Positions 1-14,200 of a stretch of DNA of 64,000 nucleotides are shown here, in pieces (positions within the stretch are counted from its first letter, which is position 1; each line of letters begins with the position of its first letter). Below the pieces are notes generated by a model, which saw only the letters and a list, made by a program, of their open reading frames with translations, searched no databases and was not told where the DNA came from. The position numbers were made by a program, and so were the translations under genes. This DNA is from Ruditapes philippinarum (Eukaryota): positions 682,001-746,000 of the forward strand of contig NW_026852008.1 in assembly GCF_026571515.1 (NCBI RefSeq), in the 5' to 3' direction.

Positions 1-1311
1 TCAAACTCATCCGAACAATTACCTAGACAAGCATTCTGACCAAGTTTCATGACAGGTGATTCAAAAATGTGACCACTACAGTGTTAACAAGGATTATCCA
101 TATTTGTGTGGCAGTGTGACCTACTTTTTTACCCAGGTGACCCATATTCAAACTTGACCTAGAAATCATCAAAACAAACTTTCAGACCAATTTCCAGGAT
201 ACTTGGATCAAAACAGTAGCAACTAGAGTGTTAACAAGATTTTTCTATTTTTAGCTCCGGTGACCTAGTTTCACATGCAATTTCGTACTCATCCAAGCAA
301 TTACCTAGAAAAGCATCCTGACCAAGTTTGATGATAACTGAGTCGAAAATGTGACCACTAGAGTGTTAACAAGGTTTTTCCATATTTGGGCGGTGTGACC
401 TAGTTTTTCATCCGAGATGACCCATGTTCGAACTTGACTTAGAAATCATCAAAACTAACTTTCAGACCATTTTACAGGATATTTGGATCAAAACAATAGC
501 CACTAGAGTGTTAACAAGATTTTTCTATTTTTAGCTCCTGTGACCTAGTTTTTCATCCGAGATGACCCATGTTCGAACTCATCCGAGCAAGTACCTAGAC
601 AAGCATCCTGATCAAGTTTGATGACTTGTGTCAAAAATGTGATCGCTAGAGTGTTAACAAGATTTTTCTATTTTTAGCTCCGGTGACCTACTTTTTCATC
701 CGAGATGACCCATGTTCGAACTCATCCAAGCTATCACCTAGACAAGCATCCTGACCAAATTTGATGATGATTGATGCAAAAATGTGATCCCTAGAGTGTT
801 AATAAGGTTTTTGTATTTTAAGCTCCGGTGACCTAGTTTTTCATCCAAGATGACCCATGTTCGAACTCGTCCGAGCTATCACCTAGACAAGCATCGTGAC
901 AAAGTTTGATGATGATTGAGGCAAAAATGTGTCCGCTAGAGTGTTAATAAGGTTTTTCTTTTTTTAGCTCTGTTGACCTAGTTTTTCATCCGAGATGACC
1001 CATGTTCAAACTCATCCAAGCTATAACCTAGACAAGCATCCTGACTACGTTTGATGATGATTGATTTAAAATTGTGACCGCTAGAGTGTTAAAAATGTTT
1101 TTCTATTTTTAGCTCTTGTGACCTAGGTTTTTATCCGAGTTGACACATGTTCGAACAAATCCGAGCTATTACCTAGATAAGCATCCTGACCAAATTTGAT
1201 GATGATTGAGGCAAAAATGTGACTGCTAGAGTGTTAACAACTAAATGTGAACGGACGACGGACAATCATCGATCCTAAAAGCTCACCCTGAGCATGCTCA
1301 GGTGAGCTAAA
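1..1311 (-). mobile_element. Non-autonomous Helentron/HINE-like element with ~144 bp tandem array (cut by window edge)
   Basis: About 9 units of ~144 bp (GTGTTAACAAG recurs at ~81, 227, 363, 507, 651...). These are followed by a GGAC microsatellite and the terminal hairpin AGCTCACCCTGAGCATGCTCAGGTGAGCT at 1280-1308. Confidence 0.75.
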
Positions 1312-2003
1312 AACACATGACTAAAATTTACTATTTACCGGTCAATTTTGGTATAACTGGCTTTATTTAATTACATACTGTTTATAATACTTTTCATACT
1401 TTTAATATATAATCTTCAACATAGGCTGTATACTCAATTCCTTCATATTCATAGGCATCTATCTCATAGCTAATTATAACACTTTACTGAACGCATAATG
1501 TATAAAACATTGACAAATGCTACATTATAAGTGTTTGGTAAATATTTTACACTTAGACATGAGGTCAATTTCCAGTTTCCGTTTGACAGTACTAGGATTG
1601 AAATGACATCTACAGTGTGATTATTTTACAGAAAAAACGTCAGTTATGTTTAGAGAAACATCATTTGGATACGGAGAATCTAACTCACCATTCTGGGCAA
1701 GTTACCAATTGCATTAATTAAATTATTAATTAAAACTTAGATAACCAATCAACATTTCTAGCATCATATTAAGTAGTTATTGCTATCCTCCATTCTATTT
1801 GATAAAAAGATACAGAATCCCTATATCCATGCATTTAATTGGACTCAAATGATTTTCTAAAACAAATATATCACCTCATCTTTAAACAAAAAAATATTAA
1901 AGTTCTATTTCTTTATAAGTCTTCATAAGTAAAATGAAATTACATAATACTTTACAATATCTTAAGCAATAAAAGCAAATTAACATATTGCCCTACTGTA
2001 AAA

Positions 2004-2215
2004 GTGGTGGCGTGGCTGAATGCATAATGCGACTGACTAGTAATCTGAGGAATGCTAACCACCTGGGTTCAAACCCTGTTAGGGGCAAGCTGTTGTTTCC
2101 TTCAGCAAGAAATTTTACATTCATTGCTTAGTACTGGTTGGTTCCAGGATTGGATTCGAGAGTATATTAATAAGCTTATAGCTTCCAACAATCAAACTAA
2201 AATAAATTTGTATAA
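2004..2215 (+). mobile_element. tRNA-derived SINE (degenerate)
   Basis: A-box-like TGGCGTGGCTGAATG and B-box GGTTCAAACCC, followed by a central TGTTTCCTTCAGCAAGAAATTTTAC...CATTGCTTAGTACTGG block resembling Meta/CORE-type SINE domains. Confidence 0.6.
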
Positions 2216-2263
2216 ACTATTGTAATCCTAATATAAAAATGTAGAAATGTATGAAAATTTTAC

Positions 2264-5200
2264 TTCATATCCTCCGACCCTGATGACAGTGTGGCGACAT
2301 CGAAACTTGTAATCTGGATGATCCTTGATATCAAATACACTCAACTCAACTGGCTCTGTTTCTTCTGGTCTGTTATTACAAATATGCATAACTTTAACTT
2401 ATATTAGTTTAGACATCCGATATCCCTATTTCTTGCATTATCAGGGTTTCTTGTATTATCTGATGGAATTGGCACTAGGTGATCCAAAAACATATCTACT
2501 TTTAATTTCTGATTTACCTCTGTCAAAGCGCAGAATAAAAAGCAGGAAAAGTAAATAAAAAAAATATTTTCTGAACCAAGAGCTGTCGGTAGGACAGCAA
2601 CGCTCGACTATTCTTAGTGCTTCATAGTTAAATAGCCTTGATAATGTAAAATTTTCTGAGTTAACAAAAGGGCAAAATGTTTCTTTAAATCCATGTTACA
2701 GTTTAACGCCTTGGAGAGAGTCCTATTATGCTCTCAAAGGAGAGTATAAAATTTCAACTTGTTTCAAATCCTGATGTCAATAGAATATGAAAATATCTGA
2801 GGTGGTATGCAAACCTAAATGTAAGTTCTAAGTCGAAAACAAGAATTTGTAACAGAGTTACCAACGTCCCCCGCCCCGGGAGTTTTATATGAAGCATAAC
2901 ATTGTGCTATATCAAAAGATTGAGGTATGGATCTCAGGACATTCAGTCCAAAATTATGATCAATGCTAGATCTGCAAATGTAACAATAAATTTGTTAAAA
3001 AAATAAAATGAAATACCGAATTTAAAAATCTATCATGTTAAGCTTTGACCTCTAAGTGTGGCCTTGACGTTGGAGGTAGGGGAGCAGGTGTTGTGCATGA
3101 CATAACGTCTTATTATTGAGACTATTTGTGCCAAGTATTTTCAAAATCCCTTGAACTATGAAGAAGTTATAGATTGGACTCAAAATATACCCTATAACAG
3201 ACTATGTAAATCTTTGACCTCTAAGTGTGACCTTGACCTTGGAGGTAGGGACACAGATGTTAGGCATGACATATCATCTAATCATTGTGACTATTTGTGC
3301 CAAGTATTTTCAAAATCCCTTAATCTATGAAGAAGTAATTGACGGGACAAAAAATATACCAAATAACAGACTCTGTTAACCTTTGACCTCTAAGTGTGAC
3401 CTTGACCTTAAGAGGTAGGGGTGCAGGTGTTGTACCTGACATATCGACTTATTATTGTGACTATTTGTGCCAAGTTATTTCAAAATCCCTTGAACTATGA
3501 AGAAGTTCTAGATTCGACACAAAATATACCCTATAACAGACTATGTTAATTTTTGACCTCTAAGTGTGACCTTGCCCTTGGAAGTAGGGATGTCGTGGTT
3601 GCGCATGACACATCCTCTTATTATAGTGACTATTTGTGCGAAGTATTTTCAAAATCCTTTGATCTATGAAAAAGTTATAGACCGGACACAAAATATACCC
3701 TGTAACAGACTATGTAAGTATTTGACCTCCAAGTGAGACCTTGACCTTGGAGGTAGGTGACAGGTTTTTGCGCATGACACATCGTCTGATTATTGTGAAC
3801 AATTATGGCAAGTATTTACAAAATCCCTTCATAGATAAGAAAGTTATGGACCGGACACGACATATACCCTCAAATAGACAATGTTGACCTTGAATGAGCA
3901 AGTACGACCTTGACCCTGAAGGTACGGGTCTGGTTGTTGCGCATGACACATCGTCTTATTATAACAAACATTTGTGCCAAGTAATTTCAAATTCCTTTGA
4001 TAAATGACAAAGTTATGGACTGGACACGAAAGTGTGACGGACGGACGGACGGACGGAGCCTATTTCTATATCCCCCTTTTTTTCTTCGAAAAGGCGGGGG
4101 ACAAAAAGGAGCATAATTTTGTCAAAATGCTTGATAGAGTTACCTCCTCCTGTCTACGGGTTGTGGTCATGATGTCGAACAAGTGTTCAAAGTTTCAAAG
4201 CCATGTGTCCATGGACTTTGAAAATATTTGAGGTATTACAAAAACTTAAATGTTAATTCTAAGTTGAAAAAGGGGCATAATTCTGTCAAAATGCTTGATA
4301 CAGTTACCTCCTCCTGTTTACAGGTTGGGGTCAAGATGGTGAACAAGTGTGCAAAGTTTCAAAGCCATATGTCAATGGACTTACAAAAACTTTAACATAA
4401 GTGGTTATGCCGACGCTAACGCCGATGCTCGGGTGACTAGAATAGCTCTACTTATTCTTATCGAATGGTCGAGCTAATAACAGTAATCCAGAAAAATGTG
4501 TTATGATTTCTTCTTTGATTTTAATCATACTATAGTTAAGTTTAATTGAATCATAAAACACAAATATTTCCTATGATAATGCATTTAAACACTTAAAATT
4601 GATTGGCACTATTGATTTGCCTTCAGCAACCAATCAAATTCCCAGAAAGTTCCTAGTTCATCCAGAGGTTGCAGGTAAGTATTTATAATGATAGTGAAAC
4701 ATTAATTTGCTCTGGTTTCTGACTCTGTTTTTATTGTGTTTACTTTTGAAAATTGAATGAGCTAAAAAGTTTACCTAAGATCAGATGTAAATGAAGTTGA
4801 AACAACAAAATACATTTTATATATAGTTTGATTATAACTGGATTTTTAAGTTGCACTGGACCATAGATACCCTTTCTTCATCAAATAACTGCTGCTAGTA
4901 AATTATAACTTACTTTTAAGTTTTGTTTCTGTCACATGTCTGTAACATTTAAAACTGAAAGGATTCTTTTTACATAATCATTCTACATCATTAAGAATAA
5001 GTATCTTACTTGTTTCCAGTGGATTTCCCAGAGACATAAGGTTTGACCCATTTCACCATAGCAGTTCTCTCCTTGTGGTCACTACATACAACAACACCAT
5101 AATCTGTGCTTGCATTACCTGAATTCAACTACAGTTTCTATTGATAATAATATTTTAAATGTATCTGCATTTATTTTAATATAGGACAACCCAAGTGATT

Positions 5201-8200
5201 ATTCCTTAATTGTTCATGTTTTATGTTTGACTATAAAAGATGATTTTTAATACAATTCTAAAAAGACAGGAAATGTGTTAAAATACTGGGCAGATAAAAT
5301 AATTCTTGTAACAAGAAACATGGCAATGCCATGAAACCAGGTTTTCAATTATCACCATTGTAGATAAATATGTTGTATTTGAAATACAAATACAAGCAAC
5401 AAACAATGTAACTATGTGCAATGTAAAACATAAATAATGTAGGAGGAATTGCCACTGAAGAAGTGTTCACTATATATTCTGTATAAGGAAAAAAAACAAA
5501 GGGCCATAATTAGGTCAAAAATTATCCAATCACAAAACCCCGACAATATGTGCCAGGGCACTTGATGACAAAGCTTCTGTGAAAGTTTGAACAAAATACG
5601 TTGAGAAATGTAGGACGAGTTCAGCACAGAAGAATTTGTTCACTATATTTTGATAATTCTGTATAAGGAAAATAAAAAAAGCTTCTGTGAAAGTTTGGTC
5701 AAAATCCGTTGAGAAATGTAGGAGAAGTTGCGCTCGATAGAAATTGTTCACTATATATTCTGTATAAAGAAAAAAAACAAAAGGCCATAATTAGGTCAAA
5801 TATTATCCAATCACAAAACCCTGACAATATGCGCCAGGGCACTTGATGACAAAGCTTCTGTGAAAGTTTGGTCAAAATCCGTTGAGAAATGTAGAGGTAG
5901 TTCAGCACAGAAGAAATTGTTCACTATATATTCTATATAAGGAAAAAAAACAAAGGGCCATAATTACGTCAAATATTATTCAATCGCAAAACCCCAACAA
6001 TATGCGCCAGGGCACTTGGTGACAAAGGTTCTGTGAAAGTTTCGTCAAAATCCGTGGAGAAATGTAGGAGGAGTTGCGCACAGATGAAGTTGTTCACTAT
6101 ATATTCTATATAAGGAAAAAAAAACAAAGGGCCATAATTAGGTCAAATATTATCCAATCTTAAAACCCCGACAATATGCCACAGGGAAAATGATGACAAA
6201 GCTTCTGTGAAAGTTTGGTCAAAATCCGTTGAGAAATGTAGGAGGAGTTGCGCACAGAAGAAATTGTTCACTATATATTCTATATAAGGAAAAAAGACAA
6301 AGGGCCATAATTACGTCAAATATTATCCAATCGCAAAACCCCAACAATACGCGCCAGGGCACTTGATGACAAAGCTTCTGTGAAAGTTTGGTCAAAATCT
6401 GTTGAGAAATGTAGAAGGAGTTGCGCACAGAAGAAATTGTTTACGCCCGCCCGTCCGCCCTCCGACATACCTCAATCTAATAACCAGTTTTTTCCTTCGG
6501 AAAACCTGGTTAATAAAAATATCAAGAATTTTGTTTATTATTTAAAACTAACTGCTATCTGTATTTAGACCAAAGTCTACAAACTAGTTTTTTACCTTTA
6601 CTGTCCTGTACAAAATCTCCAGGGAAGAACTCCAACTCATCTAAGTGATGAATAGGATATAGTTCTGGTGATGGAACATTTTCTTCTACACTGCCATCCT
6701 TAAAAATAAACATTACTGAGCATTTAAAATTATAACTTTCAAAACCATTCAAAATTATAACTTGCAAAAAGAGTTGTTTTTTTTCTAATAGAAGTAAAGA
6801 GCTTTACATTAAAATGCAATGTTTATATTGAGTGACTATTTACAAATACAAATGTACATTATCAGTGTCTGTAAGTGTTTATATACATTTAAAGCTTACC
6901 TGCCACATGACATTACAGGTAGAGAAAGTGTACCATATCTCTATAGGAACTTTTTCACCTGGTTTAACTTTTCTCTCAATATGGTGTGCTTTCTTCTTTG
7001 TCTTTTTGCCTTTCACCTTCCTCAATGTCCTACCTTTACCATGCTGGTTCATTCGATGCCTCCTCTGCGGTACAGGACTACTTCCTGGCCCTGATTTGAC
7101 GGAACCATTTTCAGAACTAGAATCACTACCACTGTCCTCCATATCTTCAAATTCATCATCCCCTACTGGTTCTTTTTCTTCTACATCATCATGACCATTA
7201 ATGTTAGTATCTCCTTCATTTGTTTCACAATTTTCTTTGTTATTATCATCTATATTATTCTTTTTGTTTTGTTCTTTAACACTTGTAATTTTCTCTTGGC
7301 CTAGTTGTTTAATATGTATCCCATCAGCACTTGTACCTATTACAAGTACATTATCTTTTGCTTTAAGTTGTATAATATCAGGTGTGACATGTTTCCTTGG
7401 AGATATTTTATGAAGAAGTGTATCAGTCTCTTTGATTGTGTAATATCCTTTATCACCAATTAGCATATGGCAGTATTCGAAACAATCTAATCTTCGTAAC
7501 CTGAAAACAGGGAATTAATAATTTAAAGGAATTTGAACAAATACATTTCTCCCTTTCATAGGTCTAATTTGAATACAGCTACAATACAAATACATGTATA
7601 TATCATTTGGCTACAAAATCCAAATATTTCAGTATCAGTATGTCAATCTTAAATCTTGTATGGAATAAGAAGTCAATAGATGTTTGTTTAAGAGACAATA
7701 ATCTTATCTAGAAATATCAATTTATAATTAATTTAACAAAGGGCTAAAATTTAGTCAAAATCCATGCTGGAGTTATTGTTCTTGGAAAGACCTACAATTA
7801 TATTATAAAAGACATGTGACATAACTGTGCAAAAGTTTCTACTGATTAGCTTTAGTAGTTTCTGAAATAAGAAGTTGCACGCAACACTTTATCCAAGTGT
7901 TTTATCAACCAAAAGAAGCTGCCAGCAATTATGTGTGAAGGGATGGCACCACTATCCTTAAATGATTCAAACTAAAGAGCAATTCATAAGCCAGCATTTT
8001 GAACTGTTGGAACATGAAACAAGAGCCACCGCCGGGCGGGGGCAACGCTCGACTTTTTACTTTCTCTAAAAGCAAACAAAGAAATGTTTGAACAAAATAT
8101 TAACGTTTCCTTTTTTATAAAATTAATCATTCTGTTTTGTCACATTAGTTTTGTCTATATATTTTATATATATAAATTTACTAATTTATATATATATAAA

Positions 8201-11200
8201 TAGAGACACCCAATTCGAAGTCACATGGTGGTGTCACGTGGTGGAGTCACGTGGTGGAGTCACGTGGTGGAGTCACGTGGTGGAGTCACGTGGTGGAGTC
8301 ACGTGGTGGAGTCACGTGGTGGAGTCACGTGGTGGGTGTCACGTGGTAGTCAGGTGGTGGTGTCATGTGGTGGAGTCAGTGGTGGAGTCCAGTGGTGTAG
8401 TCACGTGGTGCAGTCACGTGCTGAAAGTCACGTTGTGGAGTCATTTGGTGGAGTCACGTGGTGGAGTCACGTGGTGTAGTCACGTGGTGTAGTCACATGG
8501 TGTAGTCACGTGGTGGAGCCACGTGGTGTAGTCACGTGGTGTTGTCACATGGTGTAGTCACATGGTGGAGTCACGTGGTGGAGTCACGTGGTGTAGTCAC
8601 GTGGTGGTGTCATTTGGTGGAGTCACGTGGTGGAGTCACATGGTGGTGTCACGTGGTGTAGTCACGTGGTGGTGTCATTTGGTGGAGTCATGTGGTGGAG
8701 TCACGTGGTGGAGTCATGTGGTGTAGTCACGTGGTGTAGTCACGTGGTGGAGTCACGTGGTGGAGTCATGTGGTGTAGTCACGTGGTGGAGTCACGTGGT
8801 GGAGTCACGTGGTGGAGTCACGTGGAAGTCACGTGGTAGTCACGTGGTGTTATAATATGAAGTTGATCCCTTCAATAATAGCAAAGTAACAGCCAGTTAC
8901 AGCCAAAACAAAGTCAAGGTCATTCATGAGTGAAGGTCAAGGTCTGTCGAGTTATTTTTAAGGGTTATCCTTGAAGATTAATATGTTCAAGTTTGAAGAC
9001 AATCCATTCAAAAATAACAAAGTTACAGCCAATAATAGCCAAAAACATGAAAATTTCAATAATTTGACCTTCAAAGTCAAGGTCATTTATGAGTGAAGGT
9101 CAAGGTCTCTCGGGTTATTTTTAAGGGTTATCCTTGAAGATTATTATGTTCAAGTTTGAAGACAATCCATTCAAAAATAACAAAGTTACAGCCAATAATA
9201 ACCAAAAACATGAAAATTTCAATAATTTGACCTTCAAAGTCAAGGTCATTTATGAGTGAAGGTCAAGGTCTGTCAGGTTATTTTTAAGGGTTATCCTTGA
9301 AGATTATTATGTTCAAGTTTGAAGACAATCCATTCAAAAATAACAAAGTTACAGCCAATAATAGCCAAAAACATGAAAATTTCAATAATTTGACCTTCAA
9401 AGTCAAGGTCATTTATGAGTGAAGGTCAAGGTCTGTCAGGTTATTTTTAAGGGATATCCTTGAAGATTATTATGTTCAAGTTTGAAGACAATCCATTCAA
9501 AAATAACAAAGTTACAGCCAATAACAGCATGAACAAGCAAAAATTGGACTTTTAACCTTGAAGGTCAAGGTCATTTATGGATGAAGGTCAAGGTTAGTGT
9601 GGTCTACTGAAAGGTCTTGTCCCAAGGGTTGTTGTGGCCAAGTATGAAAACAATACACCAAGAAATAAAAAAGTTATGATCCAGGTACAAGTTTGCGGAC
9701 GGGAACGGCAACGGCAACGCCGACCCGACTATAACAATACCTCTACTTTTTATTTTCAAAAAAAAAAAAGTCCAGCTAACAAATGTATAAATTGTGTATA
9801 TCAGCATACCTTTTCAGATCTTCACCTTCTATAACATTGGGTGGACTTTTAAGTTTGTCTGTCCCTGCACCTGTTTGTGTGAACCCTTTACATACCCAGT
9901 TTACTTCCACACTCTGGGTTTTAACCTACAGTACACACAAATACACAAGCTCATTAACAACTGTGAAAGCACTATGAGACCAAATTCTTCAGAATTATTT
10001 TAAACAAGAGGGCCATGATGGCCCTAAGGTCGCTCACCTGTATGTAGGCCTCCGGAGCGGGGCCAGTTTAAACCCCAGGGCTTTTATTTGAACAAACTTG
10101 GAAGACACCTATAAGAAGACGTTTCATGATGTACACACTTATAATGAAAAACAATGATCTGCCCTCCCCTACCCCCGGCAGGGCCAATTTTAACCAAGGG
10201 CTTTTATTTGAACAAACTTGGTAGACACCCATAAGAAGATGTTTCATGCTAAACATCTAAGCTCTAGCTCATTGTGTTTTTTAAAGAAGATTTTTTAAGT
10301 TTTTACTATACACATATAGTTAAAAACAATGACACCCCTGGGGCGGGGCCAGTTTTGACCCCAGGGCTTTTATTTGAACAAACTTTGTAGAAACTTACTA
10401 GAACATGTTTCATGCTTAATATCTAAACTCTAGCTATTTGGGTTTTTTCAAAGATGTTTTTTAAGTTTTTCCTATACACATATAAGGAAAATCAATGACC
10501 CCCAGGGCAGGGCCAATTTTGACCCCAGGGCTTTTATTTGAACAAACTTTGTAGACACTCACTAGAAGATGTTTCATGCTTAATATCTTAACTCTAGCTA
10601 TTTAGGTTTTTTCAAAGAATACTTTTTAAGTTTTTGATATACACATATATAAGGAAAATCAATGACCCCCTGGGCGGGGCCAATTTTGACCCCAGGGCTC
10701 TTATTTGAACAAACTTGGTAGACACCCATTAGAACATGTTTCATGCTAAATATCTTACCTCTAGCTCTTTGAGTTATTTAAAAGAAGATTTTTTAAGTTT
10801 TTACTATAAACATGTACATATAGGGAAAATCAATGACCCCCTGGGGCGGGGCCAATTTTGACCCCAAGGCTTTTATTTGAACAAACTTGGTAGACACCCA
10901 TTAGAACATGTTTCGTGCTAAATATCTTAGCTCTAGCTCTTTGAGTTCTTTAAAAGAAGATTTTTTAAGTTTTTACTATATACATATAGGGAAAATCAAT
11001 GACCCCCTGGGGCGGGGCCAATTTTGACCCCAGGGCTTTTATTTGAACAAACATGGTAGACACCCATTAGAACATGTTTCATGCTAAATATCCTAGCTGT
11101 AGCTCTTTGAGTTCGTTAAAAGAAGATTTTTTAAGTTTTTTCTATATACATATAGGGAAAATCAATGACCCCCTGGGGCGGAGCCAATTTTGACCCCAGG

Positions 11201-14200
11201 GCTTTTATTTGAACAAACTTGGTAGACACTTATTAGAACATGTTTCATGCTAAATATCCTAGCTCTAGCTCTTTGAGTTCTTTAAAAGAAGATTTTTTAA
11301 GTTTTTACTATATACATATAGGGAAAATCAATGACCCCCTGGGGCGGAGCCAATTTTGACCCCAGGGCTTTTATTTGAACAAACTTGGTAGACACCCATT
11401 AGAACATGTTTCATGCTAAATATCTTAGCTCTAGCTCTTTTGGTTCTTTAAAAGAAGATTTTTTAAGTTTTTACTATATACATATAGGGAAAATCAATGA
11501 CCCCCTGGGGCGGGGCAATTTTGATCCAAGGGCTTTTATTTGAACAAATTTGGTAGACAACCATTAGAACATGATTCATGCTAAATATCCTAGCTCTAGC
11601 TCCATGAGTTCTTTAAAAGAAGATTTTTAAATTTTTACTATATGCATATAGGGAAAATCAATGACCCCCTGGGGCGAGGCCAATTTTGACCCCAGGGCTT
11701 TTATTTGAACAAACTTGGTAGACACTCATAAGAAGATGTTTCATGCTAAATATCTTAGCTCTATCTCTTTGGGTTCTTTAAAAAAAGATTTTTTAAGTTT
11801 TTACTATATGCATATAGGGAAAATCAATGACACCCTGGGGCGGGGCCAATTTTGACCCCAGGGCTTTTATTTGAACAAACTTGGTAGACACTCACTAGAA
11901 GATGTTTCATGCCAAATATCTAAGCTCTAGCTCTTTGGGTTCTTTAAAAGGAGATTTTTTAAGTTTTTACTATATGCATATAGGGAAAATCAATGACCCC
12001 CTGGGGCGGGGCCAATTTTGACCCCAGGGCTTTTATTTGAACAAACTTGGTAGACACCCATTAGAACATGTTTCATGCTAAATATCTTAGCTCTAGCTCT
12101 TTTGGTTCTTTAAAAGAAGATTTTTTAAGTTTTTACTATATACATATAGGGAAAATCAATGACCCCCTGGGGCTGGGCCAATTTTGACCCCAGGGCTTTT
12201 ATTTGAACAATCTTGGTAGACACTCACTAGAAGATGTTTCATGCCAAATATCTAAGCTCTAGCTCTTTCAGTTTTTTAAAAGAAGATATTTAAAGTTTTT
12301 TCTTTTGGTTGCCATGGCAACCAGAGTTCTGCATGGAATTAAATTCTTTGAACAATTTTTAAAGGTGACCACCAAAGGAAAGCCGGAAATACAGCTTCAT
12401 AATTTGAAACATATGTTTACAGTTTGTAAAAGCACATGTGAATGTGCAAGGCACCTAATGAATCAGTTTTACATGAATTCATGATCAGAAACTAACTAAA
12501 ATTTCCAAAAGTTCTTATCAAAACATGATTATCTGATTTCAAGATGTGATATAATTACTAGAATTACCTCTTCTACAACTACACTTGCAGTGAAGAGTGA
12601 TTTCCCTTTACATTTTGGACCTCTGACATTTGATGTTTGTATCCAGGTAGCATCTTCATAGTCCTCATATATACCAGCCAGTACCTGGCCTGGGTAAAAA
12701 TTACTTATGTAAAATTCAGAATGCTGAAATAAACAACAATATTATGCTTTAAAGCATGTAATCTTGGCATTTTAAAATACTATGGGCCTAAAACTGAATT
12801 TATATACTTAATCATTTATTGAAATTCTCCTGTAATCAGTGCATAAATTGAAATCAAGCAGTTACTTGTATTTATAATTCTAACACCCTGTAACATTATA
12901 TAAAGTATAAATCAGGCTGACATTCAATCTACATCATCAGTTTTTTAACATTTGGCATGAAATAAATTAAAATACATTACTGAAATATTTTAAAGCCTTG
13001 AAAGTAATCAATACATTGAATCTGAAGTCATACTGTGATAGATCTTTTTTTTGTAGAATTAATGATTTACACTAATTTAACATAACTATGCTTTGACTTA
13101 CATTTGGTCTTTTGTCTTGAACATCTTCAAGGTTTAGCACACCTGCATTGCTAAGCTTGCATCTGCAAACAAACAACATATATGTGCAACCCAGAATAGC
13201 ACACATATAAATCATTTTAAAGTTACTTTGCTTGTAATAATGTTCAGCATTATAAAATACAATGCAGACTATAATAAATAACTGTAACAAGAACTCATAT
13301 CCTATCAGCAACTTTTTAAATGTTATGTTTTCATTAACCCTTAGACTGTGAGAACTTAAAGTGATGTCTTTGCCACCAGTTTAGAGCTGGGCCAGCCTGC
13401 ACATATGTGCTATCTGACCAGGCTCTATACTGTTTGCTGACCAACTTAAAATTTAATCTTGATATAACCACAAAATTGATAACGGACTGTTCCCAAAATA
13501 GAAGATGGACAAGTCCATCTAAGAAATTCAGCATGATGATGTTAAGGATTAATTTCCAGTCTCAGTAAAATTACTCTGACAGTAATATACAACAACAATA
13601 TAAAATTAAAAGTTAAGTGGTGTAATCTTTTCTCAAAATCATTTACCTTGCCCCACATGGGAATCGGACAGTTATCTCTTCAGTTACTTCCATGACATGA
13701 CCAACCCAGGAATCTAGGGTCACTTCTCGTTCTGTATCAAATTCCTGTTTAGGAATAAATATCATTTCTAGAATTACATGCAAATTTTTTTTATTCCATT
13801 TCATTATCATTATTAGTAAAAAATCATTGCATATTTCAATAGGCAAAACAATTGAAACTACTTACAATTTAACAGTAAAACTTAATTTTGATATAACAGA
13901 CCATAATATGGAATTGTGATTTTCTAGGTTATTTCAAAGATTTTTCCTTTTATAAACTACAATATCATAAAATTATGGCAAATAATAAGACTTACTTTAA
14001 AAAAAAAGCATCAATATCCATTATGTGATAATTCCATACATCCTAAGAGAAAACAAGCAATTATCATAGTATTGCAAGCAATCCATAAGTCCCCTACCGG
14101 TTAGAACCCCAGCAACATTCTGATTTCAATTTTACCAGTGAATGAATGACATGAATGAACTTAAATCTTTTGAGTTCTAAGTTTGTCTATTTCACAGTAA

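Noticed and set aside
5412-6568. Several similar ~70-aa ORFs
   Set aside because: They arise from the 173-bp tandem units; no domain or splice support.
6819-7413. Plus-strand ORFs here, and antisense ORFs at 16108, 19194, 24190, 33740 and 38596
   Set aside because: They are antisense shadows of real exons.
8151-8839. ORFs with VTWWSHVVESRGG repeats
   Set aside because: They are translations of the 13-bp minisatellite inside an intronic mobile element.
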